Of a stretch of 64,000 nt of DNA, positions 1-9,281 are shown piece after piece. Positions within the stretch are counted from its first letter, which is position 1, and every line of letters begins with the position of its first letter. Below the pieces are notes generated by a model. That model worked only from the letters and a program-made list of their open reading frames with translations, had not been told where the DNA came from and did not search any database. The stretch covers positions 1-64,000 of the forward strand of contig CAWJCY010000002.1 of NCBI GenBank assembly GCA_963841565.1, read 5' to 3'. Source of the DNA: an uncultured Nitrososphaerales archaeon. GTDB taxonomy: Archaea; Thermoproteota; Nitrososphaeria; Nitrososphaerales; Nitrososphaeraceae. The position numbers were made by a program, and so were the translations under genes.

Positions 1-21
1 TACCTAAATTAGTTGGTAACA

Positions 22-248
22 TTACAAAAGACCTTTTACCAGTAGACTTGTCCCAATACAAACTAATATTCCAAAAATTAACAAGTTAATGGGATTTTGA
101 GGATCTAGTCCAGTCACATTAATGGGATTTTCAGTTACATTTGCATATTCCTTGTTAACGATAAAACCAACATATGAGAATACAAATACAATGAGAATGT
201 GATTAGTATTAAACCTATTGCAACATAGCCTTTTTGATACCCTTTCAC
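22..248 (-). pseudogene. Possible small two-helix membrane protein with an apparent frameshift
   Basis: Manual translation: GTG-start MKGYQKGYVAIGLILITFS..., continuing in a shifted frame as IVFVFSYVGFIVNKEY...NLLIFGILVCIGTSLLVKGLL*; two hydrophobic stretches. Confidence 0.3.
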
Positions 249-415
249 TGATTTGGATAAAGTGTATTTTTACTTAAGTCTTCTTTGAAAAGATAGTGGT
301 CCTGACCATTCGACAGATCTACGGAGTCAGTATATTTCAGACGACTAGGGTATAGACATCCCCCTTTTTTGCCAGAATAATTTCTAGACAAATAAGCTAG
401 TTTAAAATAGGAGTT

Positions 416-498
416 GAGATGATAATAATATGAATAATAATATGATGTGAGATGCATCTGTACTGATAATAATATGATGTGAGATGATAATAATATTA
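416..498. repeat. Short imperfect tandem repeat (ATAATAATAT x4; TAATAATATGATGTGAGATG x2)
   Basis: Read directly in the intergenic region upstream of the histidine kinase. Confidence 0.7.
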
Positions 499-777
499 CT
501 CAGATTCATTTGAACACTGCTTTCATTTTTTTATAATTCCCTTGTGTTTTTTCTAGCTCTAGGTATAGTTTGTCTTCTTAGGTTATCCATCAAAGAGGGC
601 ATTCTATTTTAAGTTTCTAAAAACATCGTCGCTTATTCCAGAACGTTGACCTTCCACAACAATAATTGATATTTGTCAAAGAAACCTTATCAGCAACAGC
701 TGCCTGCTATTCACCTTTTATTAGTAATTCATAAGTAATAGTTGAGCTTATTTTGTCTAAACGACTATCGTAAGGCT

Positions 778-2421
778 ATGAAAGGAAGAGGCACTGAAAA
801 AACAGAGGTATATTATAATCCCTTTCGTGTAGTCAGCACTGTAATAGATTTTATAGATAATGCTACTGGGCGAATTGATGGTTGCGTAGACCAAACCCGT
901 CCTTTGTTGCTTAATGACATTGAAGCACTAAGGACGGCCTTTGATGAGGCAAGAAAACGAGGTGTAAAAATAAGGTTTGTTACAGAAATAACAGATGATA
1001 ACATTACTCACTGCAAAGAGCTAATAAAGTCCAGTGTAAGTGAGTTGCGTCATCTTGATGGCGTTAAAGGCAACTTCTATGTTAGTGAAAATGAATATGT
1101 GTCACCTGCGGCGATTCACGAGGAAGGAAAACCGGCTTCAAATGTAGTATACAGCAATGTCAAAGAGGTTGTTGAACAGGCTCAATATCTTTTTGAGACT
1201 CTTTGGAGCAGGAGTCTCCCAGCAGACCAAAGAATAAAAGTGATTGAAGAAGGGATTGAAACTGCTAAAATAGAGATTATCAGAGATCCTGACGAGGCAA
1301 TAAAACTTTCTCGGGATCTGATTAAATCAGCAAAACATGAGGTACAAAGGATATATCCATCCTTCAACGGATTCCGGCGCCAAATACGTATCGGTGCACT
1401 GCACTTATTCAGAGAAGTACTTGAATATGGTATAAGCGTAAGGATTCTCGTTCCTGCAGATAAACAGCAAATAGATGAGATAATGGACGGGCTAGAATTG
1501 GCATTGCCGACGCTTAAGATAAGAGGCTTGGATAAGAGTCTACAGACTCAGATGGGTATAATAGTAGTAGATAGAAAAGAATCGATTATTATTGAACTAA
1601 AAGATGACGAAAAAGAGAGCTACCATGATGCAGCAGGATTAGCCTTCTATTCTAATAGCAGACCCATTGCGCTGTCCTATGCATCTATTTTTGAGACACT
1701 TTGGAAACAGGGAGAACTCTATGAACAACTAAAAGCATATAGCGCTGCGCAGAAAGAGTTTATCAATATAGCAGCCCATGAATTGCGAACTCCAGTACAG
1801 CCAATACTGGGTCTATCTCAAGTCCTGCTCACCGAGAAAAAAGGTTGGGAACGCCCGGAGTTGTTGCGTGTCATTAATAGAAATGCTGAAAGGTTACAAC
1901 AACTCATCGAAAATATTTTGGATGTAACAAAAATTGAGAGCCAGTCTCTACATTTGAAGATGCAGAGATTCAATTTAAATGATTTGGTATCAAATATAAT
2001 TTTGGAACATAAGAATCAAATTGAAAGGCAACAAAGTGACAGGAAAATAATACTCGACTCCAAGGATGAGATTAACATGGTAGGGGACAAAAGCAGGATA
2101 TCACAGGCCATATCCAATCTTCTTGGTAACGCTATAAAGTTCACAGAAGAAAAAGGTGATATACTTATTTCTGTTGAACGAAATAAAGAGACTGATAAAA
2201 ATGTTGTTATCGTCTCTGTGAAAGATACGGGAACTGGAGTTGATCCAGAAATGGTACCTAGACTATTCACAAAGTTTGCTTCAAAGTCTGAACTGGGAGG
2301 TACAGGATTAGGCCTCTATATTTCCAAAAGTATCATTGACGCACATAGCGGCAGGATCTGGTGTGAGAATAATAGTGATGGAAAAGGAGCTACTTTTAGT
2401 TTTAGTTTGCCCTTGGACTAG
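778..2421 (+). CDS. Soluble sensor histidine kinase (Nitrososphaera-type duplicated N-terminal PLD/TrmB-like domain + HisKA + HATPase_c)
   Basis: H-box AAHELRTP, N-box NLLGNAIKF, G1 DTGTG, F-box LFTKF, G2 GTGLGL; ATG at 778 preferred over TTG at 742. Confidence 0.92.
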   Translation: MKGRGTEKTEVYYNPFRVVSTVIDFIDNATGRIDGCVDQTRPLLLNDIEALRTAFDEARKRGVKIRFVTEITDDNITHCKELIKSSVSELRHLDGVKGNFYVSENEYVSPAAIHEEGKPASNVVYSNVKEVVEQAQYLFETLWSRSLPADQRIKVIEEGIETAKIEIIRDPDEAIKLSRDLIKSAKHEVQRIYPSFNGFRRQIRIGALHLFREVLEYGISVRILVPADKQQIDEIMDGLELALPTLKIRGLDKSLQTQMGIIVVDRKESIIIELKDDEKESYHDAAGLAFYSNSRPIALSYASIFETLWKQGELYEQLKAYSAAQKEFINIAAHELRTPVQPILGLSQVLLTEKKGWERPELLRVINRNAERLQQLIENILDVTKIESQSLHLKMQRFNLNDLVSNIILEHKNQIERQQSDRKIILDSKDEINMVGDKSRISQAISNLLGNAIKFTEEKGDILISVERNKETDKNVVIVSVKDTGTGVDPEMVPRLFTKFASKSELGGTGLGLYISKSIIDAHSGRIWCENNSDGKGATFSFSLPLD

Positions 2422-2970
2422 GGGCCATTATGAAAGTAGTCCTTTCCTGCTGGTAGGATGGTTACTGTAGTGGAAAATCATTGCAGTTTTCATTGGTTAT
2501 AATGAATAATATAGATTTGGGAGTACGTTTGTGTGTTTTGTCGCATGCCTAACCTTAATTATATCTCAAAATTAGGTTACATTTATGAATAGAGTACAAT
2601 CTTTGTGTTGCGTACACGGACGCAGACAAGCCAGTGGTATACACGGTGGTAGCCAGCTAAAGTCTAATGTTCCAGATGATGGCTCAACCTGTTGGATGTT
2701 AGGGTTAGATTCTTCATTTTGATCTGTGATCGATAGGAGTTTGAGAGTAGAAAAACGTTATTAATTATATGTAAACTTTCAGTGGAAACTATTTGTGCAG
2801 AAGAATTAAACCTTCGGTATCGTTTGGATAACAGATAGAACTACCTTCCTTAGGTGTTTTGATTCCTACGATAGCGTCCTTGCAACTAGGACAAATCTGA
2901 TAATAAACATACACTTACTTGTTTTCTTTATTCAGACCTATGGGGAAGTTCCACATTTGAGTCGGAAGCA

Positions 2971-3057
2971 AAATATAGAAATCGAACCGAAATAATTGCT
3001 TCAGTATTAGAGGCTACTAAAAATCGTGGTGCCAGCGCCGAGTCGAGCCTACTCTGA
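2971..3057 (+). pseudogene. N-terminal fragment of a winged-helix (HTH_45-like) regulator
   Basis: Translates KYRNRTEIIASVLEATKNRGA, resembling the typical start of Nitrososphaera wHTH proteins, then stops. Confidence 0.55.
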
Positions 3058-3278
3058 AGACGTAATAAAACATTGAATTGTTTCACGGTTTGTTATAGAA
3101 GTCAGCTGATCAAGCAAATATTTGGTGTTGTTTTCCGAGCTCTTCATGTGTTTTTGTCGCGACCGATTTACTCATATTAAATAGTATATTTAGTATAGCT
3201 TATGGGGAATGTATGACTATAGGTAGGATATTAGATAATCATATGAAATTAGCAGAGTAATGGAATGAAAATAAATGA

Positions 3279-3602
3279 ATGACTAATATTTTATATCCAC
3301 GATCGCCTTATCTAAAACATAAAATGCCAAATGAAAAGGAGACAGAAGATATCATAATTAAGAAAGGTGAAATGCTTTACGAAGAATTAGGTGAACTTGG
3401 AAGACGTGAAAGTTCAGTAAGGGAGATACCATTAGAATCATATGTATACGCATATATGAAACTGATTCACAGTTCATACAAATACGTTATCGATACTCAC
3501 CTTCACGATAAAAAAATGGGTCCAAGGCTGGATAATCTACAAAATAACTTTAACCTAGTCATGAAAGATCTATGGTCGTATTATAACGATAAGAAAAAGT
3601 GA
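3279..3602 (+). CDS. Hypothetical protein
   Basis: 107-aa ORF with protein-like composition in an AT-rich region; start may be 3324. Confidence 0.55.
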   Translation: MTNILYPRSPYLKHKMPNEKETEDIIIKKGEMLYEELGELGRRESSVREIPLESYVYAYMKLIHSSYKYVIDTHLHDKKMGPRLDNLQNNFNLVMKDLWSYYNDKKK

Positions 3603-3919
3603 ATCTTATTTCTTATCCTCTAATGTTCTGCTTTTATCAGTAAAAGTTCATGGTAGCTTCTCACAATATTATTAATATTCTTTTCCACTTGAATTAAAGT
3701 GTGCGATATATTCTATATTTTTCTTGAATAAAAGTCGCCAGGCCTAAGTAAAAAATCTTGGCAATCCAACTACTTCATATCTTTGGAAGATGCAAAAACT
3801 CACAGGTCAGTATATAAAGTATAGCAGTAAGTATACAAGTGTATAGTTGATAACAGTAGTAAAGCGCTCAAAAGCTCGTATAGCGAGCTAAGCTTGTTTA
3901 TTGATTATTATTACTCATA

Positions 3920-4150
3920 TTATTTTCCTGATTCTGTAAGCAATTGATTGAAGTGTGACTTCCAATGTTCCTTTAACTTCTCATCGTCCTCTTTTTGTTC
4001 TGGAGTCTGGATATTTGCGAGATTAATCTCGCTCTTTTCCTCTCCAGATCCTTCAGACGCCATTGCGCTTTCGGTAGCCAAGGTGGAATTCAATACCGCC
4101 ACAACAAAAATATTCACACACATCACAGATACGATTGCCAAACCAAACAT
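3920..4150 (-). CDS. Hypothetical secreted or membrane-anchored small protein
   Basis: Hydrophobic N-terminus followed by an acidic, charged segment. Confidence 0.45.
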   Translation of the reverse strand: MFGLAIVSVMCVNIFVVAVLNSTLATESAMASEGSGEEKSEINLANIQTPEQKEDDEKLKEHWKSHFNQLLTESGK

Positions 4151-4766
4151 ATTTCGAGACTACTTCAACATAGTTAATAAAAGATAACAATATCAGTTTG
4201 AAAAATATATTCTGATCAAAGTATAGCTAAAAGTTGTACTGATTTCTATTCCATAGTTTCACTGAACACCTCAAAACCAATCAAAGCACTATATGAGAAA
4301 CCTGCAGACGGGAATACTAATCAATTTCTATTTGGGGGAAGTAATGAAGGATCAGAAATCCGTAATTATTTGTTTGTTGATCCATATTCATGCCTGTGGC
4401 ATTACGAGCGCATACCTACTTATGCAGGACTTGTGGTTCAAGATTTCAATTGATTAGAATGAGACTGTCTTTGAAAGTTAGTGATACCTCTAGATATCAT
4501 GCATTTCGTAACATAGCAAATATGGCTACACTAGCAGATTTGCTAATGCTCACCGAGTCAGTAATACCATCACTGAGTGTTAAGAGGATTGGATGAGAAA
4601 AACAGTAGTAGCAATAGTAATGGAAATAGGAATAAAACCAGATCCTTAATTAAGCTGTTCTACTTGATGCCTCATTTACGGTTTAGTTAGCAACTGTTCT
4701 TTTACTCAATTCAGGACTTGTGTCAAGAACCTTCTTTGGTAAGACACGATTCTCATCCATGTTCGA

Positions 4767-5313
4767 TCACCAATCCTTTTGATGTTCGATTTAAACACAA
4801 CAGGAGTATCATAGGGAAGTAGACTTCAATACATTTCAGTCCTATATTAGTCCAATTTAAATTTGTGCTCAAGCTCGGTCATTGATTACAACTTCGTCCT
4901 TTCAATCCTAACATAGTTCGATTTAAACAGTAATCTCACATGCCAGTGTAGTATCGCCTGCCGCCTTTCAATCCTAACATAGTTCGATTCAAACATGTTC
5001 CAACAACGGTTTTATCATTCTGATTATCATTCTTTTAATCCTAGTATAGTTCGATTTAAACTAACATCGATATCAAATTTCCAAGATGCGATGAACCCTT
5101 TCAATCCTAATATAGTTCGTCTTAAACGCGTGAGCGTTGCTGCAAGTCATCAATACCAATGTCTCATTTCAATCCTTACATAGTCCGATTTAAACTTGCG
5201 CATGTGCCAGTGCTCAACGATACGGGTACTTTCTTTCAAACCTATTACAGTTCGGTTTTAACTGACGATACTGTGTATTGTAAATCTTAATCGTTGCATA
5301 GGTCGATTCAGAT
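4767..5313 (-). CRISPR. Orphan CRISPR array: 8 divergent 30-bp repeats plus a 9th degenerate one; consensus (minus strand) GTTTAAATCGAACTATGTTAGGATTGAAAG
   Basis: Repeats at 4767-4796, 4833-4862, 4899-4928, 4965-4994, 5032-5061, 5098-5127, 5166-5195, 5233-5262; unique spacers of 36,36,36,37,36,38,37 bp; weak repeat at 5284-5313 after 21 bp; the ATTGAAAG/T 3' end implies minus-strand transcription. Confidence 0.92.
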
Positions 5314-5744
5314 CATCTGCCGTTCATTGCTCTAGAACGGTCATCGGTCTTTAGTAGGAGCTCCTGTATTTCCTGCTGGGTATAAGCTCGGTCTTCTCTA
5401 GTTCCTTCGTTTGGAGGAAGGAATCGCATAACCTTTCTAGTATTCAATAAGATATCATTCATTTCAAAGAAATGGAATATTGAAAAACAATGAGTATGAA
5501 TGGAGCCATGAGTTAGCTTTTGCTCTTCTGTTAAATGTTTAATGTGCCTAATGATCATTGCTTCAATATGCCTAGGGCTTTTGTCTGCAAGCTCCAACAG
5601 ACTTTCTTCATTTGTTTGTTGAACCTCTAAGAAGTGATTAAAGTTCTTTCTGTAACCTTTCTTTGTGTGGGGCGACATCAAGTCATCTGTTACCGAATAA
5701 ATAATAGTAGGAACTTGTTGATGAACAATGCCCTTGCCTTCCAT
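5313..5744 (-). pseudogene. Truncated tyrosine recombinase/integrase (N-terminal core-binding region only)
   Basis: SPHTKKGY..., FHFFEMNDILLN...EDRAYTQQEIQELL...DDRSRAM; stops just before the expected catalytic Arg box; divergent from tRNA-Arg. Confidence 0.85.
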
Positions 5745-5831
5745 AGCTGATTGTCTGGTAACCTCACGTATAAAAGCGTAGGATATCTAACCGGTTACTA
5801 TAATAATTGGTTTGGCGCCAACGGGATTGTA

Positions 5832-5937
5832 GGGCTCGTGGCGCAGACTGAACGAATGACAAAATGTTCAGGCGTAGAATGGACAGCGCGGACGCCTCCT
5901 AAGCGTCAGGCCGAGGGTTCAAATCCCTCCGAGCCCG
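5832..5937 (+). tRNA. tRNA-Arg(CCT) with a 31-nt D-loop intron (5847-5877, position 15/16)
   Basis: Acceptor GGGCTCG/CGAGCCC, anticodon arm GACGC-CTCCTAA-GCGTC, T arm GAGGG-TTCAAAT-CCCTC; BHB motif: GCGC/GCGT helix with AGA bulges and a CTGAAC/GTTCAG intron stem. Confidence 0.95.
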
Positions 5938-6003
5938 CTTTTCATACTGGTTCATATACTTCCTTCGACCGTTAACTAGCAGGTTGGTTGAGTCTGGATA
6001 AAT

Positions 6004-6312
6004 ATGCCATCTCGTCTTGTTTCCGTGATTAAGAGGATTGAATCGTTACCTCATGACAATAACAAGAGGTTAATCGACAGTTTCGCAGACTTTATGAAAA
6101 ACATTGACATTACAGAAAAATACCAGAAGGATAACTTGTTTGTCATCATATTGTATGCAAGGTATTTAGGCGATAGGGAACTCTCTGATGTGGATAGAAA
6201 GCAGGATATCATAGAATTCCTTGATACCAGAACAAAGGATACAACTATAGACCCTGACCAGAGATGGATTAGGACATGGAATGATTACCTTCAAAGGATG
6301 CTTTTAAGATGA
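6004..6312 (+). pseudogene. Truncated tyrosine integrase (N-terminal domain)
   Basis: EKYQKDNLFVIILYARYLG...IIEFLDT...DPDQRWIRTWNDYL, resembling tRNA-adjacent Nitrososphaera integrases; no catalytic domain. Confidence 0.75.
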
Positions 6313-6391
6313 GCCTTCAGTTTTGGCATTGACTATGATTTTCATCACCAATAAACCTCTAAATATTTAACGTGTTAAGAAGAGTTTCCAC

Positions 6392-6643
6392 ATGTCAAAT
6401 TCATCTGAGAGAGAAGGGAGACTGGATAATCTTAGCAGAAAACTCGGTCACGAACTAGACGAAGATTTCAGAAGAGCAGGGGACAAACTAAAGGACATCC
6501 TGATTCGTGACTTTGATAAAGAAATGGCGCTAGCCGACATATTTGTTGATCGTAATGATCTCACCGAAGCGGCATACCATAGAGCATTGGCTTATGCTAT
6601 ACACAACACTCTGAGGGATCTTGAAATGATGATTGGAAGATGA
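6392..6643 (+). CDS. Hypothetical helical protein, paralog of 17460-17780
   Basis: Shared N-terminus (MSN..SE.RE.RL..L) and A..HR..A.AIH..L..LE motif. Confidence 0.7.
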   Translation: MSNSSEREGRLDNLSRKLGHELDEDFRRAGDKLKDILIRDFDKEMALADIFVDRNDLTEAAYHRALAYAIHNTLRDLEMMIGR

Positions 6644-6688
6644 TTCGAACTAGGAACTAGGATGTCTCTGCAGTTCTGACACTGATAA

Positions 6689-7066
6689 CTACATTCTTTG
6701 GACCCATTGAGATCGCCATTCAGGTGGTTCGAAAGGATCTGCATAGTAGTGTGTTTCATGTGCGACCTTACCATCTCTGAACTCCATGATGGTTACCACA
6801 TTGACCGGACGCCCATCATAAGTGATAATTAATTCAGTTATCCAGAGGTTGCCTTCTCCCCGTATTCGCAGAATCTTAAAGGTAAGTTTAGCGGGGTAGT
6901 GTGCCCTAAGTTCGTACAGGTTACGTTCGCCAGAGATACGTTCGCCCGATTGTGGAAATTCAACGATTAGGTTGTCATGATAAATGTCGTGTGCTCTGTC
7001 TAAATCTAGAGCCACTGTGGCCTCCCAGTGACGTTCAAGTTCAGCACGTATTTCTTGATTATCCAA
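6689..7066 (-). CDS. SnoaL/NTF2-like family protein
   Basis: EFPQSGERISG, IMEFRDGKVAHETHYYADPFEPPEWR motifs. Confidence 0.88.
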   Translation of the reverse strand: MDNQEIRAELERHWEATVALDLDRAHDIYHDNLIVEFPQSGERISGERNLYELRAHYPAKLTFKILRIRGEGNLWITELIITYDGRPVNVVTIMEFRDGKVAHETHYYADPFEPPEWRSQWVQRM

Positions 7067-7119
7067 TATCTTCCTGAATCAAAAGCCTGGATTATTAGTC
7101 TTCTTTCCCTTCTCAAATT

Positions 7120-7214
7120 GAATGAGAAGAGTAACGGTACTTCGGATAAAGAAGCAACTAGTCAATGACGAGTGCTTTGCTGCGTTTAGATTATCTTTGA
7201 TGTTCTGGCATTAA
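7120..7214 (+). pseudogene. Extreme C-terminal fragment of terminase large subunit-like gene
   Basis: Translates DKEATS/DECFAAFRLSLMFWH* with a frameshift; homologous to 15997-16176 and 18847-19035. Confidence 0.7.
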
Positions 7215-7430
7215 TCTATCTAATACTTCGATAAGGATGTCTCCAACCGTGTCCTCAACTGCAAGCAGTCTAATCATGCCTAACGCTAAGATCGCATCCA
7301 TTTCATCCATATCGATACGGCGTGACGGACTGCCTTCCCTTTTGGATACTGTTACCAAATAGCCATGAGGCACATTCATAACTGATAATCCACTCTCCTT
7401 CAACAATGCCTTGGCTTCCTCAACATTCAT
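7191..7430 (-). CDS. Hypothetical protein, near-identical paralog of 16144-16392
   Basis: Intact ORF conserved in both duplicated segments. Confidence 0.75.
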   Translation of the reverse strand: MNVEEAKALLKESGLSVMNVPHGYLVTVSKREGSPSRRIDMDEMDAILALGMIRLLAVEDTVGDILIEVLDRLMPEHQR

Positions 7431-7673
7431 TTTTCAGTTGTATCTGGCCGATTTCGCTTAAAAACACTATGGAGATGAAAAGCGAGGGTATTCGGCCGAT
7501 AATACTCCCTGCCAAATGCTTTTGAAAAGACCGATACAGTTTGTAAACTGAGTTTACAGATGCATGTATTCGCTAAAGGTGCGGACGATTTAAGGCCCAA
7601 AGACTAACCTTAATATGTTAACAGGATAGTCAAACCCGCAGACTCAACGGTTCCTAATCCCTCCGAGCCCGCT
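7193..7673. repeat. Duplicated element right end (copy 2 at ~16155-16624)
   Basis: Long stretches of DNA identity covering the small gene, its upstream region and the att site. Confidence 0.9.
7656..7673 (+). repeat. att-like copy of the tRNA-Arg 3' end (AATCCCTCCGAGCCCGCT)
   Basis: 18/18 identical to 5922-5939. Confidence 0.9.
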
Positions 7674-7739
7674 ACTATATTGGTGCTTTTATGTGAGTTA
7701 CACTATAAAAAGGTAAACAAAAAGCTGGATAATCAGAAA

Positions 7740-8118
7740 ATAATGAGTCTGACGAGTTGGAATAGCGGTTATTATTTATTAACGCAATGAAAGTACCAAT
7801 GATGGGAGATAGAGATCAAAGAAGAGTTGCGAATTTCTTTGAAATCACGGAATCGATGGAATAACAATAGAAGGAAAAGCCAGAAATTTTGCAATTAAAG
7901 CCAAGCGTGATTCTTCTTGGGCGTTCAATAACATTATGAAGTTTACTTTTTTTCAGAGGCAACGTAATGACAGAAGAGAAGTAACTGGTGCGACTGTTCA
8001 CAATTAACTAGAGTATTAAATTATTCTGTGAGATGGCCGACATCCCTATCCAATGGAAAAAAATTACCAGAGGAATTCCGAGGGATAAGAAATATACTGA
8101 CGATGGAAATTCCTACAC
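7740..8118 (+). pseudogene. Degraded tyrosine integrase (third type), not in the ORF track
   Basis: Across stops and frameshifts: LFINAMKVP...TIEGKARNF...WAFNNIMKF...EVTGATVHN...SIKLFCEMADIPIQWKKITRGIP...YTDD; starts just after the att copy. Confidence 0.8.
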
Positions 8119-8338
8119 TGATGTTTCTATTGGGTATTCCTAAGTTATATCTAATTCATATACTTTGAAGAATACAAACAAACAATATAGAAAGGCACAG
8201 GGCATATTGGATGATCAGTCTTTTTCTTTGGTACTTCCAAAGATATACGCACAGGGTCTGACATAGCTAAACTCGAGCTCAGAAGTATTACCATTTTGAT
8301 AATAGGGTCCATTTTGTGCTGATTTAGCCAAACGGAGC

Positions 8339-8572
8339 CCGTTTACAACCGTTTACATTTTTGTTAACAAATTCTTAGACGTGTTCACAAATGTGTTAAC
8401 TTTATCGGTTGTTAACAAATCGTTCAGTGCGTTCAACGCACTTTCACGAGTGAATCATTTTGAACGCTTTGAACGATTGCATCGTTCTGAATGGTTCAAA
8501 AAGATTTACCTTATGGGGCGTTCAATAGAACGTTCAATACGTTCAATAGAGTTGTTCAAAACGTTCAATACG
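8339..8572. repeat. Dense array of GTTNAC hexamers, then ~11 CGTTCAA/TTGAACG-type heptamers in mixed orientation
   Basis: Read directly, e.g. cgttcaatagaacgttcaatacgttcaatagagttgttcaaaacgttcaatac. Confidence 0.8.
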
Positions 8573-9281
8573 AACCATTCTGAAAGAAGGGCTTTGATAG
8601 AAAAGATTCATTGAGTATTATCGAATGACAATGGATGATGAGAAATGCCTCATTAAGACATTGTGACAGAGCTCGAGATATTCTTGAGCTTAAGAGTCAC
8701 CTACTAAAAATGTATGTGATTAGATGAAATCGAGCCGAGAAAGGTAATACAGTAATCATACCATACTTTGTGTTAAGCAGTACATTACATAAGTCTAGAA
8801 ACTCCAGTCATTAGATAAGCTTCTATTATTTTAGTCGTTGACACTTTAGTTCGCCTGTATGCCGTAAATTTGTAACTCAGGTCTAAAAGATGACATTTGG
8901 TCAGGGGATCGTGTTTTCAAAATATTTTACTTCCCAACTATTCCCCACCGGAGCATTTCTCTCCGGTTACCAGTCTTCGTGGCCTAGAAATGGATCACTC
9001 CATGAGGGCCAAATGTACCAAAGAATTTGCTAAATTTGGCTTTGTAGGATAGGCGTCCATTTCAGTCTACTTTCTTTAGCATTGAGGTGATAAGGATTGC
9101 TAAAAAAACTCTTCGAATACGTATTAGGTAGGTAGCACATGGTTGAGAACGCCCAAATGGTTAGTGGATTGGCCCGTGATATGACCTTGTCACTTCAACA
9201 ATGCGGCAACCGCTAATCGCTTATATTGGGAATTATGTTACCATTACCACCACTCACGAAAAATGAGAATAAGGAGCGTGT

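Noticed and set aside
4995-5183. 62-aa ORF with repeated FNP.IVR.K
   Set aside because: It is a translation of CRISPR repeats and spacers.
4797-5283. Self-targeting of spacers within the window
   Set aside because: Only short (<=9 nt) matches were noticed by eye; this needs a computational search.
5751-5975. 74-aa ORF
   Set aside because: It overlaps the whole tRNA-Arg gene.
8381-8614. 77-aa ORF (RSIERSIRSIE)
   Set aside because: Its composition is explained by the heptamer DNA repeats; no independent support for coding.
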